The notes: generated by a model not told the origin, from the letters alone. A DNA stretch of 64,000 nt from an uncultured Actinomycetes bacterium (GCA_963709345.1 CAVPVX010000006.1:1-64000); one strand, 5' to 3'; positions 21,751 through 32,150 are shown, counted from the first letter of the stretch. Program-made: numbers and translations.

Positions 21751-22821
21751 ATGCTTCGCCTCGCCCTCATCTTCGGCGGTCGCTCGGCCGAGCACGAGAT
21801 CTCCCTGGCCTCGGCGCGGTACGTCGCCTCGATGCTGGATCCCGACCGCTATGAGGTGATCCCCGTCGGGATCACGCAGGCGGGGCGCTGGGTCGTGCCC
21901 GCCGACCTCGGCGACGCGCTCACGAGAGGGCTCGACGACGCGCCCTCGCAGGCGGCCCACCTTGTCTCCGACCCGACCCGGCCGGGCCTCGAGCTCGCCG
22001 ACGGCTCGTTCCGCGAGCTCGATTTCGCCTTCCCCATCATGCACGGCACCTACGCCGAGGATGGAACGATCCAGGGCCTCCTCGAGATGGCAGGCCTTGC
22101 GTACGCGGGCTCGGGAGTGGTTGCCAGCTCCGTGGGCATGGACAAAGAGCTGATGAAAGCCGTCTTCGCCGCCGCGGGTCTTCCCCAGATGGACTACCTC
22201 GCGCTGCGGGACGGCGCCGCGACCGGACCCGCCGCCGTCGCCGCCGTCGAGGAGCGGCTCGAGTATCCGGTGTTCGTCAAGCCGGCCAATCTCGGCTCCA
22301 GTGTCGGCATGACCAAGGCGCACGACCGCACCGAGCTCATCGCCGCGCTGGAGCGGGCCGCCGTCTACGACCGCAAGACCATCGTCGAGGCGACCTGTGA
22401 AGGGCGCGAGCTCGAGTGCGGCGTGCTCGGCAACGATGCCCCCAGGGCGTCGGTGCCCGGCGAGGTCGTCCCGGCCAACGAGTTCTACGACTACGAGTCG
22501 AAGTACACCGAGGGCATGATGACGTTCTCCATCCCCGCCGACGTCGGTACGGCCCACCGGGACGAGACCATGGCGCTGGCGGTGGCGGCGTTCACGGCGA
22601 TCGACGGCGCCGGCTTCTCACGCTGCGACTTCTTCCTCGAGCGCGCGACCGATCGCATCATCCTCAACGAGATCAACACGATTCCCGGGATGACGCGCAT
22701 GAGCGGCTTCCCCCGGCTATGGGCGGCGACCGGTGTCGACGGCGGGGATCTGGTCGAAGAGATCGTCAGGCTCGGGCTCGAGCGGCACGAGCGCATGGCC
22801 CGGCTCAAGACGGCGCGCTGA
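21751..22821 (+). CDS. ddl: D-alanine--D-alanine ligase
   Basis: GGRSAEHEISL, HG.YAEDG.IQG, KPANLGSSVG, FYDYESKY and NEINTIPG. Confidence 0.95.
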   Translation: MLRLALIFGGRSAEHEISLASARYVASMLDPDRYEVIPVGITQAGRWVVPADLGDALTRGLDDAPSQAAHLVSDPTRPGLELADGSFRELDFAFPIMHGTYAEDGTIQGLLEMAGLAYAGSGVVASSVGMDKELMKAVFAAAGLPQMDYLALRDGAATGPAAVAAVEERLEYPVFVKPANLGSSVGMTKAHDRTELIAALERAAVYDRKTIVEATCEGRELECGVLGNDAPRASVPGEVVPANEFYDYESKYTEGMMTFSIPADVGTAHRDETMALAVAAFTAIDGAGFSRCDFFLERATDRIILNEINTIPGMTRMSGFPRLWAATGVDGGDLVEEIVRLGLERHERMARLKTAR

Positions 22822-22852
22822 CCTCACCGGGCGGTCCCTCGACCGCCGCGGG

Positions 22853-23266
22853 CTACCTGGATCTCCCGCTGCCGGTGGGCTGCGTCATTCGCTCCACCCA
22901 CGAGTCGAGGCCGGGAATGTAGCGCAGATACTCGAAGAGATACGTCTCGGCGTCGGCCTGCGCCTCGACAGTGAAGACGGCCGTGCCCTCGGCCCCCTTC
23001 TCGGACGAGAAAGCGAGCAGCTCGAGGCCCGACTTGGAGAGGTACTGCTCCGCGGCGATCTTCGCCGACGGCAGGCTCAGCGACTGGGCGTACTCGGTGC
23101 GGGCCTCCCTGGCCGCCGTCTGCGTGTCGTTGGCCACCGCCTGGTGGGCGGTGAAGATCGATATGCCGTCGAGCACGACGACCGCGATGATGGCGATGAC
23201 GACGGCGACCCAGAGGATCTCGCGGATGAAGCCGTCCTGACGTCGCAGGTAAGAAGTGCGCGGCAC
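22853..23266 (-). CDS. Tad/TadE-like small membrane protein
   Basis: Basic RRQDG followed by a hydrophobic helix and an AAREA motif, as in Tad pseudopilin-like proteins. Confidence 0.5.
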   Translation of the reverse strand: MPRTSYLRRQDGFIREILWVAVVIAIIAVVVLDGISIFTAHQAVANDTQTAAREARTEYAQSLSLPSAKIAAEQYLSKSGLELLAFSSEKGAEGTAVFTVEAQADAETYLFEYLRYIPGLDSWVERMTQPTGSGRSR

Positions 23267-23320
23267 CGTGCCTCCTTGGTCATACCAGGCCTGTCCCCCT
23301 TTCATCGGCGGGAGCGCCGC

Positions 23321-24619
23321 TTAGTTTACTTCAGGAACGTCGGCGAGGCCGATGCACAACAGGGCGAGGTCGTCGGCCGGCGGCCGGGCGGCGAAGCGCT
23401 CGGCGGCCGCGAGCAGCCGTTTGACGACGACGCCCGCGGCGCGGCCGTGGCAGCCGGCGAGTTCGGCCGCCATGCGGTCCTCGAAGAAGCGGCCCTGCTC
23501 GTCACGAAGCTCCGACAGCCCATCGGTGAACATGATGACGAGGTCGCCGCGCTCGAGGTGGATGCTCTCCTCCGGGTAGGGTTCGAGCGCTGCGCCGAGC
23601 TCGACGCCGATCGCCGGCTCGGTGAGCAGGAGCGGCCGCTCGACGACCTCACGACGCACGAGGAACGGAGTGGGATGCCCGGCGCTCGCTATCTGGATGA
23701 GCCCGAGGCGCGGGTTGAGAAGCCCGACGAGCACCGTGACGAAGCGCTCGCTCGCCGGCCCGAAGTCGGGTTGCTCGAGGAGGCCGTTGCGGAGCTCCTG
23801 CAGCGCTTCGCCGGGTCGCGTCGGCCACGAGAGCTGCCCGCCCTGCACCGCCGCGCGCAGCATGTACTTGGTGATGAACGTCATGGCCATGGCGTCGACG
23901 CCCTTCCCGGCGACGTCACCGATGGTGAAGGCGAGATTCGTGGACGGAGGGCGAGAGTAGTAGTCGACGAAGTCGCCGCCGCTCAGCACGCCGACGCTTG
24001 CCGAGCGATAGGTGAAGGCGATGTCGAGCCCGGGGAGCGACGGCGGCTCCGCCGGCAACAGGCGCCGCTGGAGGCGCTCGGCGACGTCGGCCAGCGCCGT
24101 CTGCTCCGCCGCGATGCGGCCATCGCCGGCCAGCTCGCTCAGGCGATGCGCGGCGACGCCGGCCAGCGCCGCCAGGCGCCGGGCGTCCTGCGGTGTGTAT
24201 GCGGTGTCTCGGGCCCCGACCTGGACGAATCCCAGGGCCGAACCCTCCGCGTCGAGCAGCGGGACGCAGGCGAAGGCGCGAAGACCGCAGGTGAAGTCGG
24301 ACTCCTGGCCGGGGCTCACCGTCGCGGGAGCGTCGTCGGCGAGCAGCGGGGTACGCGTCGCGCAGACGCGGCCGGGACCGCCGTCGCCGAGCTCCCAGCG
24401 CAGGCGTGCGCGCCGCCAGCCCGTCTCGCGGCAGTACCAGTCGGTGCTGGTCGCGGCTTCGCCGTCGAACAACCCGGCGCGTCCACGGCCGGAGTCGCTC
24501 GTTCGGCACGCGATCTCTACGGTCGCGCGTAGGACACTGGTCAGATCAGGAGCGCGTACGATGGCGAGGACGCTTTCGAGCGTGGAGTAGACGTCGTCGG
24601 CGGGTTCGTCCATCAGCAT
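23321..24619 (-). CDS. GAF plus PP2C/SpoIIE serine phosphatase (RsbU-like)
   Basis: LQ..LLP, GGDF.D, GDVAGKG, SAGHP, FTDGL.E and DD motifs. Confidence 0.9.
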   Translation of the reverse strand: MLMDEPADDVYSTLESVLAIVRAPDLTSVLRATVEIACRTSDSGRGRAGLFDGEAATSTDWYCRETGWRRARLRWELGDGGPGRVCATRTPLLADDAPATVSPGQESDFTCGLRAFACVPLLDAEGSALGFVQVGARDTAYTPQDARRLAALAGVAAHRLSELAGDGRIAAEQTALADVAERLQRRLLPAEPPSLPGLDIAFTYRSASVGVLSGGDFVDYYSRPPSTNLAFTIGDVAGKGVDAMAMTFITKYMLRAAVQGGQLSWPTRPGEALQELRNGLLEQPDFGPASERFVTVLVGLLNPRLGLIQIASAGHPTPFLVRREVVERPLLLTEPAIGVELGAALEPYPEESIHLERGDLVIMFTDGLSELRDEQGRFFEDRMAAELAGCHGRAAGVVVKRLLAAAERFAARPPADDLALLCIGLADVPEVN

Positions 24620-24692
24620 GCTTCTAGCTTCGTCGCGCTCGGCGGGCTGTCCTTCGTGCGCCCGCCTGTCGCAGCTCGCGCGCAGCGGCGGA

Positions 24693-25235
24693 CTAGCTGC
24701 GCCGTCCGGCCGTGACCGACATGACGAGGGCCTGCAGGGCGAGCGCGCCGATGGAGATCGCGAGCACGAGGTCGAGACGCACCCCGATCACGCCGACCAC
24801 GAAGGCGATGGCCGCTGCCCAGGCGACGGCGCCCGGGAGGACGTGCAGGAGGAGGCGCCTCCTGAAGCTGAGCAGGAAGAGGCGCCGGCGCATGCCGGCG
24901 CCCTGCGCGGTGTCGTCGAGGTAGCTGGATCCGCGCTCGTGCAGGGCGGCGGTCAGCTCGCTGCCATCGGTGGCGAAGACGCGACACTGGAGCGGCAGGC
25001 CGGTGCGTCGTCGCAGCAGCGTGTCCTGTGCTCTGGAGAAGTGCTCGACGAGTGAGAAGAAGCGGTCGTCGGCCGACAGGCGTGAGCTCGCCAGCCGTAC
25101 GTCGAGGTACAGCCGGTCCTCGGCGGGATCGTACTTGATCTCGCTGCGCCACCCCCGCCGGCTGAAGAAGTTGGCGAGGAAGCTGTCCAGGTCGGCGGGG
25201 AGGCTCTCGACGTCCGGTCGCTGCGACACGCTCAT
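24693..25235 (-). CDS. Hypothetical protein with two C-terminal TM helices
   Basis: Coherent ORF with a hydrophobic C-terminus, co-oriented with neighbours. Confidence 0.6.
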   Translation of the reverse strand: MSVSQRPDVESLPADLDSFLANFFSRRGWRSEIKYDPAEDRLYLDVRLASSRLSADDRFFSLVEHFSRAQDTLLRRRTGLPLQCRVFATDGSELTAALHERGSSYLDDTAQGAGMRRRLFLLSFRRRLLLHVLPGAVAWAAAIAFVVGVIGVRLDLVLAISIGALALQALVMSVTAGRRS

Positions 25236-25409
25236 GCCTCGATTGTACCCATGTCTCCTTTCATCGGCAGCCGCGCGCCCGAGGAGTAGCCGTCGGCCGC
25301 CGGGTGGCGAGCACGGCCGCGGCGTTCGAAGCCCCGCGGCCGATGCGGTAGAATCGCCTACTCGATGGAGCGGCTCCCGCCGCTCCGCCCGCGACCGTCA
25401 GGAGCTCCC

Positions 25410-26675
25410 GTGAGGATCGCTGTCATCGGTCTGGGCTACGTCGGCCTGCCGCTGGCCATGGTGTTCGCCGAGGGTGGGGTCGAGGTGGTCGGGATCGAGG
25501 CCGTGCCCGAGCGTTGCGCAGAGGTCAATGCTGGTCGGAGCTACATCCAGGATGTGAGGAGCGAGGCTCTCAAGACCATGGTCGACAAGGGCCTCATCTA
25601 CGCGACCACCGACTACGCCGCCACCGAGGACTGCGACGCCGACATCATCTGCCTGCCGACGCCGCTCAACGCCAATCGGGAGCCCGACCTGTCGCTGGTC
25701 AAAGAAGCGACCGCCAAGCTGGCCGGGCACCTGCGGCCCGGCCAACTGGTCACCCTCGAGAGCACGACCTATCCTGGCACGACGCGCGATGAGCTGGCGC
25801 CGATCCTCGAGGCCGGCTCCGGGTTCACGGCCGGCGTCGACTTCCACCTCGCCTTCTCGCCCGAGCGCGTCGACCCTGGGCGTACCGACTACACGACGAA
25901 GAGCACGCCCAAGGTGGTCGGGGGTCTCACCCCCGCCTGCACGGCACGGGCGCTTGAGGTCTACGGACCCTCGCTCGACAACGTCGTCCCGGTGAGCACG
26001 CCCGAGGTCGCCGAGATGACCAAGCTCCTCGAGAACATCTTCCGCAGCGTCAACATCGCCCTCATGAACGAGCTGGCGATGCTCTGCGATCGTATGAAGA
26101 TCGACGTGTGGGAGGTCATCGAAGCGGCTGCCACGAAGCCGTTCGGCTTCATGAAGTTCCAGCCGGGCCCCGGCCTCGGCGGCCACTGCATCCCGATCGA
26201 TCCCTTCTATCTGAGCTGGAAGGCGCGCGAGTTCGACTTCTGGACGGAGTTCATCGAGCTCGCCGGCAAGGTCAACGAGAACATGCCGTACTTCTGCGTC
26301 GAGAAGCTGCACCGGGCGCTGAACACGCGCGGCAAGAGCCTGAACGGCGCCCGCGTGCTCCTCTTGGGCGTCGCCTACAAGGCCGACATCGACGATCTGC
26401 GCGAGAGCCCGGCGCTCAAGGTGATCCGCCTGCTGCGCGACCACGGAGCGGACCTCGCTTACCACGACCCGTACTGCCTCGAGCTGCCGGAGTTCGACCT
26501 GCGTTCCGTCGGCCTCGACGACTACCGCGACCTCTCCGCCTACGACGCGGTCGTCATCGTCACCGCGCACTCGGCGCTGGACTATCGCGCCGTGGTCAAC
26601 GAAGCCGACCTCGTGGTCGACTTCCGCAACGCCACGGCCGGCATCCCGAGCGCCGGCAACGTGTGGAAACTCTAG
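25410..26675 (+). CDS. UDP-N-acetylhexosamine 6-dehydrogenase (WbpA/TviB-like)
   Basis: GLGYVG, CLPTP, ESTTYPG, SPERVDPG, KLLEN.FR and GGHCIPIDP. Confidence 0.9.
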   Translation: MRIAVIGLGYVGLPLAMVFAEGGVEVVGIEAVPERCAEVNAGRSYIQDVRSEALKTMVDKGLIYATTDYAATEDCDADIICLPTPLNANREPDLSLVKEATAKLAGHLRPGQLVTLESTTYPGTTRDELAPILEAGSGFTAGVDFHLAFSPERVDPGRTDYTTKSTPKVVGGLTPACTARALEVYGPSLDNVVPVSTPEVAEMTKLLENIFRSVNIALMNELAMLCDRMKIDVWEVIEAAATKPFGFMKFQPGPGLGGHCIPIDPFYLSWKAREFDFWTEFIELAGKVNENMPYFCVEKLHRALNTRGKSLNGARVLLLGVAYKADIDDLRESPALKVIRLLRDHGADLAYHDPYCLELPEFDLRSVGLDDYRDLSAYDAVVIVTAHSALDYRAVVNEADLVVDFRNATAGIPSAGNVWKL

Positions 26676-26690
26676 AGGGGAGACCCGCTC

Positions 26691-27716
26691 GTGACTGACA
26701 CTGTCCGCGTCGGCGTGGTCGGGCTCGGCTACTGGGGCCCGAACCTCGCGCGCAACTTCGACCGCCTTCCCGGCGCCGAGCTCGCGTACTGCTGCGACCT
26801 CGACGCGAGCAACCTGGACAAGGCGCGCAGCCTGTATCCGAACACCACGGTCACCAACGACTACGCGCAGCTGCTGGCCGACGACAGCCTCGACGCGATC
26901 GTCGTCGCCACGTCGGTGCCGACCCACTACGCCTTGGGCAAGAAGTCGCTCGAGGCCGGCAAGCACACGTTCATCGAGAAGCCGATCGCACTCAAGGCCG
27001 CCGACGCGGAGGACCTGCTGGCGACGGCCGAAGACTACGGCGTCAAGCTCATGGTCGGGCACCTTCTCGAGTACCACCCCGCCGTCGCGAAGATGAAGGA
27101 GCTCATCGACTCCGGCGAGCTCGGCAAGGTCTACTACGCCTACGCCAACCGCCTCAACCTCGGCAAGGTGCGCACCGACGAGAACGCGCTCTGGAGCTTC
27201 GGCCCCCACGACATCTCGGTGCTCAACTACCTCACGGGCGACGAACCCGTGGAGGTGAGCGCCCGCGGCGAGTGCTACCTGCAGGACGAGGTCGAGGACG
27301 TCGTCTTCGGCTACATCAAGTACAAGAGCGGTGTCGTCGGCCACCTGCACGTGAGCTGGCTCGACCCGCACAAGAGCCGCAAGATCACCGTCGTCGGCGA
27401 GAAGAAGATGGTCGTGTTCGACGACATGGAGTCGGAGCGCAAGATCACGGTCTACGACAAGGGCGCCACCACAACGCGCACCAAGTTCGAGACCTACGGT
27501 GAGTTCGTCACCCTCCACTTCGGCGACATCCACATCCCCAAGATCGGCAACGACGAGCCGCTGCGCATCGAGTGCCAGCACTTCGTCGACTGCATCAACG
27601 ACGACGCCCGGCCGCGCAGCGACGGGCACGACGCGCTCAACGTCGTCAAGGTGCTCGACGCCATGGAGGTCAGCCTGCGCGAGGGCGGCCGGCCGGTGAA
27701 GACCTCGGAGCTGTGA
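26691..27716 (+). CDS. Gfo/Idh/MocA oxidoreductase (WbpB-like)
   Basis: GLGYWG, EKP, GH, PHDIS and SWL.P.K.R. Confidence 0.85.
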   Translation: MTDTVRVGVVGLGYWGPNLARNFDRLPGAELAYCCDLDASNLDKARSLYPNTTVTNDYAQLLADDSLDAIVVATSVPTHYALGKKSLEAGKHTFIEKPIALKAADAEDLLATAEDYGVKLMVGHLLEYHPAVAKMKELIDSGELGKVYYAYANRLNLGKVRTDENALWSFGPHDISVLNYLTGDEPVEVSARGECYLQDEVEDVVFGYIKYKSGVVGHLHVSWLDPHKSRKITVVGEKKMVVFDDMESERKITVYDKGATTTRTKFETYGEFVTLHFGDIHIPKIGNDEPLRIECQHFVDCINDDARPRSDGHDALNVVKVLDAMEVSLREGGRPVKTSEL

Positions 27717-28432
27717 CGGTGGCCCTGCGCGGCAGCGACCTGGGCCACAACCTGCTCCTCGGCGACGGCGTCGTCGTCGGCACGGATGTGGTGTTCGGCG
27801 CCAACGTCGTCGTGTACGAAGACACCGTCATCGGCGCCGGCTGCTTCATCCAGGACGGCGCCGTGCTCGGCAAGGTGCCGAGCCTCTCGCCGACCAGCAC
27901 CGCGAAGCGCGGCGAGCTCGACCCGCTCGTCCTCGGGCCCGGCTGCGTGGTCAGCACGGGCGCCGTGGTCTATCGCGGCACGCAGCTCGGAGCAGGCTGC
28001 ATCATCGGCGACTACGCCGGCGTCCGCGAGCGGTGCAGCCTGGGCGAGAGGGTCGTCGTCGGCCGCGGCAGCGTCGTCGAGAACGACACGGTCATCGGCA
28101 AGTCCACGAAGATCCAGACGAACGTGTACATCACCGCGTACATGACGATCGAGGATCGCTGTTTCATCGCCCCGTGCGTCCAGACCACCAACGACAACTT
28201 CATGGGTCGCACCGAGAAGCGCCACGAGCTGATCAAGGGCGCCACCATCCGGCGCGGCGCCCGCGTCGGCGGCGGCGCCGTGCTCTGCCCCGGCATCGAG
28301 ATCGGCGAAGAGGCTTTCATCGCCGCCGGCGCCGTCGTGACCGGTGATGCGCCGGCCGGCAAGGTGCTCATGGGCGTGCCGGCGCGCGTCGTGCGCGACG
28401 TCTACGAGGACGAGCTGCTCGAGAACCAGTGA
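27713..28432 (+). CDS. Hexapeptide-repeat N-acetyltransferase (WbpD-like)
   Basis: Left-handed beta-helix repeats, TND, G.PAR; GTGA overlap with the upstream stop. Confidence 0.85.
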   Translation: MTVALRGSDLGHNLLLGDGVVVGTDVVFGANVVVYEDTVIGAGCFIQDGAVLGKVPSLSPTSTAKRGELDPLVLGPGCVVSTGAVVYRGTQLGAGCIIGDYAGVRERCSLGERVVVGRGSVVENDTVIGKSTKIQTNVYITAYMTIEDRCFIAPCVQTTNDNFMGRTEKRHELIKGATIRRGARVGGGAVLCPGIEIGEEAFIAAGAVVTGDAPAGKVLMGVPARVVRDVYEDELLENQ

Positions 28433-28588
28433 CAGCCTCAATGACGCCGCGGCTGAGGGGTGTCGACGAGGGGCGGGAGGCCGCAGGGCCGCCCGCCCCT
28501 CGTGCGTACGCAGGCCAGTGCGGTGTGCCGACGTTTCAGGACGGGAACAGTCCGGTTACACACGGCAAGCAGGCGAAAGGCAGCAGCC

Positions 28589-29335
28589 ATGAGCGACCAC
28601 ACCGATGAGACGAGGCCGCCGGACCGGGGCGAGAGGGAGTCGCCTCACTCCAAGGTGCGTTACACGCGCCGTCGCTTGCTGATCGTCGGTGGGCTGGCCG
28701 CAGCCGGCGTCGTCGGCGGGGTGACCGCCGTGCGCAGGTTCGGGGAGCCCGCAGTCGAGAGCGTCGGAGGCGCCCTGAGCGACCAGTTTGGCCCCTTCCC
28801 GGTGCGCAGCATCGAAGACGTCCCCGATGTGCCGCTCGAGGAGTGGTCGATCACGGTGGACGGTCTGGTGGACGAGCCGCTGACCGTCGACCACGGCACG
28901 TGGTCGTCGCTGCAGCGCCTCGACGAGACCGTCGACTTCCACTGCGTCGAGGGCTGGTCGGTGGACGACGTGCGGTGGGGCGGCGTCGCGCCGGCCGTCC
29001 TGCTGGAGCGCGCCGGCGCGCGGCCGGAGGGCACGTGGGTCGTCTTCCACGGCTACACCGGCGACTACATCAGCAGCGTACCGATCGAGTTCGTCAAGGA
29101 CCCGCAGACCGTACTTGCCGACAGCCTCGGTGGCGCGCCGCTGCCGCCCAAGCACGGTGGCCCCATCCGGCTGGTCGTTCCCGACCAGCTTGGCTACAAG
29201 AGCGTCAAGTGGGTGACGCGCATGGAGGTCACCAACGCGTCGCGGGCGGGCTACTGGGAGAGCCGAGGGTATCCGGACGACGCCCCGGTGACCGGCTCGG
29301 CGCCGGCCGGCGGCGCACCGCCGGGCAGCGGCTGA
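28589..29335 (+). CDS. Tat-exported molybdopterin oxidoreductase (sulfite oxidase/MsrP family)
   Basis: TRRRLL twin-arginine signal; FHCVEGW, HGGPIRL and GYKSVKW. Confidence 0.85.
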   Translation: MSDHTDETRPPDRGERESPHSKVRYTRRRLLIVGGLAAAGVVGGVTAVRRFGEPAVESVGGALSDQFGPFPVRSIEDVPDVPLEEWSITVDGLVDEPLTVDHGTWSSLQRLDETVDFHCVEGWSVDDVRWGGVAPAVLLERAGARPEGTWVVFHGYTGDYISSVPIEFVKDPQTVLADSLGGAPLPPKHGGPIRLVVPDQLGYKSVKWVTRMEVTNASRAGYWESRGYPDDAPVTGSAPAGGAPPGSG

Positions 29336-29376
29336 CGGGACCTCGAGGAGCGACACCGGTCGCGTCTCTGTGCGGC

Positions 29377-29635
29377 TCAGATGACGCCGCTCATGCGCGG
29401 CAGGACGAGCAGCGCGATCGTGAGAACCACGATCAGGGCAATGAGCGCCGAGTCGCTGAAGCCGCGCTTCTGACGTGGCGCCCTCCATCTGGGGCCGGCA
29501 TTGTCTGCGTGAAGCCGCTTGACGCTCAGCGGAGGCTCAAGGACGCCCCCTCCTGATGGTCTCGGGCGGGCCAAGACCGCCGTCCCTCGGCCGTCCGTCC
29601 GGTCTCTTCGCCTCGTTGGGCTTCTCGTCGTTCAT
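29377..29635 (-). CDS. Small protein with a C-terminal TM helix; apparent +1 frameshift near 29575
   Basis: AGGAG RBS and ATG at 29635 (MNDEKP...) join the frame ending RQKRGFSDSALIALIVVLTIALLVLPRMSGVI. Confidence 0.45.
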
Positions 29636-29651
29636 GTCGCGGCTCCTGCCG

Positions 29652-30971
29652 TCATCTGCTCGACCGTTCCTCGCACCACACCACACCCGGTGCCGGCCGC
29701 AGGCAATGCGGGTGCCAGTTGGCCTGGCAGTAGCTGCCGACGCCGAGCAGGGCGACGACGTCACCCTCTTCGAGCGGAGGCAGCGCGTAGTCCTCGGCGA
29801 AGATGTCCGGGCCCTCGTTGATGTGGCTGCTGAGGGTGTACCGGGCCGTGCGCAGAGCGTCGGCCGCGCGGCAGAGCACGGCCTCGATGTGCTCATGGTA
29901 GACGAAGCGCAGGTGGACGATGTTCCAGCCGCAGGTGAGGCCGGCGAAGACGGCAGAGCCGTCGCCGGCCTTGCTCCTGTCCTCGACCGTCACCACTTCG
30001 GAGAGCAGCACCCCGGCGTTCTTGCCGAACATCTCGCCGGGCTCGCAGGCGATGGTTACGCCGAACGGGCCGAAATGCTCGGCGAGGATGCCGGCGTAGG
30101 CGTCGAGGTTGAGCGGCCGCTGCCCCTGGCGCATGACGGTCGCGAGGCCGCCGCCGGCGTTGACCTCGCGCACGGGGCAGCCGGCGTCGATGGCCTGCTT
30201 CGTCATCGCCGCCGCCGCGGCGACGGCCCGGTCGAAGGCCGGCAGGTCGTCGTCGAGCAGATGGTGACTCACGTGGAAGTGGATCGTGTCTATCGTGAGG
30301 TCGTAAGAGCGCGCCAGTGCCACTGCTTCGTCGAGACGCTCCGGGTAGATCCCGAACTTGGTCGGCACGTCCCCGCTGTAGAAGCTGATGCCGCTCTCGG
30401 GGCGCGCGGCGCCGACCCGGGGGTTGATGCGGATGCCGATCGTGCCTCCTCGATCGCGCCGCCCGTAGCGGCGGATCTGGCTGAGGAGGTCGAGATTCAT
30501 GTGCACGCCGTGCGCGAGCATGACGTCGAGGTCGCGGTCGCTGACGTTGGTGCCGGTGTAGCTGATCTGGTCCGCCGGCCAGCCGTGGGCCAGCCCGTGC
30601 TCGACCTCGCCGGGCGAGCAGACGTCGAGGCCGACGAACTCGGGTGTGCCGGGCGCGCCGAGTCCGTGGATGCGTGCGAGGACCCGGGCCTCGCGCTGGG
30701 ACTTGAGCGCCCAGCGGACCTTCCACGGCAGGCCGGTGCGTGCCATGGCCCTTTGAAGCGCACGCACGTTCTCCTCGATGTGGGTGAGGTCGTAGACCAA
30801 CAGCGGCATGCCGTGCTCTCGCGCCAGCGACTCGGCGTCGCGTCCGGCGATACTGAGCCTTCCGTCGATGGATTCGAGGCCCGGCCGGCGCCACCAGTCG
30901 AGCGGGTGATCGGCCGGGACGGCGCAGCTGGAGGCGGCCGTGGATGCTCGGGCTGCGGACGGCGTGGTCAC
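29652..30971 (-). CDS. Group IV PLP decarboxylase (diaminopimelate/ornithine decarboxylase-like, divergent)
   Basis: WALKS (PLP Lys), DVCS.GE, RINP, KFG, HFH, GGG and EPG. Confidence 0.82.
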   Translation of the reverse strand: MTTPSAARASTAASSCAVPADHPLDWWRRPGLESIDGRLSIAGRDAESLAREHGMPLLVYDLTHIEENVRALQRAMARTGLPWKVRWALKSQREARVLARIHGLGAPGTPEFVGLDVCSPGEVEHGLAHGWPADQISYTGTNVSDRDLDVMLAHGVHMNLDLLSQIRRYGRRDRGGTIGIRINPRVGAARPESGISFYSGDVPTKFGIYPERLDEAVALARSYDLTIDTIHFHVSHHLLDDDLPAFDRAVAAAAAMTKQAIDAGCPVREVNAGGGLATVMRQGQRPLNLDAYAGILAEHFGPFGVTIACEPGEMFGKNAGVLLSEVVTVEDRSKAGDGSAVFAGLTCGWNIVHLRFVYHEHIEAVLCRAADALRTARYTLSSHINEGPDIFAEDYALPPLEEGDVVALLGVGSYCQANWHPHCLRPAPGVVWCEERSSR

Positions 30972-31195
30972 TCGGACTCCTTTCGCTGCTCACCGCCGGT
31001 GCGGCCGGCGGGCACCGAGTGTCTCGCGGCACGCCCCTGGTGCGCAAGCCGGGCGTCGCCGGGAGCCCCGCCTGGGTTTCATCGTCGCCCCCGCTCGGGC
31101 AGGATTCTCCGGGAGCGGCGTCGGCCGTGCCGACGCGCTACACTGGAGCCGCTGCAACCGCAGGGCTTGGACGACCGCGCACGAGGAGGCTGGCG

Positions 31196-31360
31196 ATGAA
31201 GAAGTACATCTGCACCGTCTGCGACTACATCTACGACCCGGAGGCCGGCGATCCCGACAACGGCATCGCGCCGGGCACGGCCTTCGAAGACCTGCCCGAC
31301 GACTGGGTCTGCCCCGAGTGCGGGGTCGAGAAGGACGAGTTCGAGCCGCTGGAGGACTGA
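31196..31360 (+). CDS. Rubredoxin
   Basis: [15 protein letters not shown]...[14 protein letters not shown]; strong RBS. Confidence 0.96.
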   Translation: MKKYICTVCDYIYDPEAGDPDNGIAPGTAFEDLPDDWVCPECGVEKDEFEPLED

Positions 31361-31403
31361 CTCCGCGGAGCGGTCGTAAAGGCGAGACTGGAACGAGGCG
31401 GCG

Positions 31404-32150
31404 ATGGGCGTGCTCGAGTTGAAGGAAGTGACCCTGGAGCTGGGCGGCAAGCCCATCCTCAACGGCCTGACGGTCGACTTCTGGGAGGGTCACATCCACG
31501 CCCTCGTCGGCCCGAACGGCGCCGGCAAGTCGACGTTGGCCGGCGCCATCATGGGACTCCCCGACTATCGGCACATGACCGGAGACATCCTGCTCGACGG
31601 AGAGTCCATCAATGACCTGTCCGTCGACGAGCGCGCCCGGCGGGGTATCACGCTGGCCTGGCAGGAGCCGGCGCGCTTCGAGGGCCTGCGGGTGGACAAG
31701 TTCATCCTTGCCGGAGCCAAGGACCGGAGCGCGGACACGGTGAGTCGCGTGCTCGAGCGTGTCGGCCTCGACCCGGAGAAGTACGCGAAGCGCGCCGTCG
31801 ACAAGACGCTGTCCGGTGGAGAGCGAAAGCGCATCGAGCTCGCCAGTATCCTGGCGATGGAACCTCGGGTCGTGCTCATGGACGAGCCGGACTCGGGCAT
31901 CGATGTAGAGGCGCTCACGCGCATCTTCGATGCCCTCGCCGACTTCAAGGAACGCGGCACCACGGTCATCATGATCACGCATAGCGAGGAGGTGCTGAAG
32001 CACGCCGAGCACGCTTTCCTGCTCTGCAACGGCCGCATCATCCGCAAGGGCGCGAGGAACGGTATCGACGACTTCTTCGCCGAGAAGTGCGTGTGCTGCG
32101 ACCACACGAACGTGCCCACCGAAGAGGAGATCACGGCGGTGGCCGAGTGA
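31404..32150 (+). CDS. SufC-like ABC ATPase (SmsC type) with C-terminal CxxC
   Basis: GPNGAGKS, QEP.RFEG, LSGGERKR and DEPDSG; C-terminal KCVCCDH. Confidence 0.88.
   Translation: MGVLELKEVTLELGGKPILNGLTVDFWEGHIHALVGPNGAGKSTLAGAIMGLPDYRHMTGDILLDGESINDLSVDERARRGITLAWQEPARFEGLRVDKFILAGAKDRSADTVSRVLERVGLDPEKYAKRAVDKTLSGGERKRIELASILAMEPRVVLMDEPDSGIDVEALTRIFDALADFKERGTTVIMITHSEEVLKHAEHAFLLCNGRIIRKGARNGIDDFFAEKCVCCDHTNVPTEEEITAVAE

Noticed and set aside
25314-25342. GTTCGAA-containing hairpin resembling a tRNA T-arm
   Set aside because: There is no acceptor, D or anticodon arm; it is a simple inverted repeat in a divergent promoter region.
26673-26693. The TAG stop of the wbpA-like gene is in frame with the next gene, so amber readthrough would fuse them
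   Set aside because: The 15-nt spacer contains a good RBS (AGGGGAG) and both proteins are complete. Only 2 of about 7 TAG-ended genes checked are in frame with the next gene, as expected by chance.
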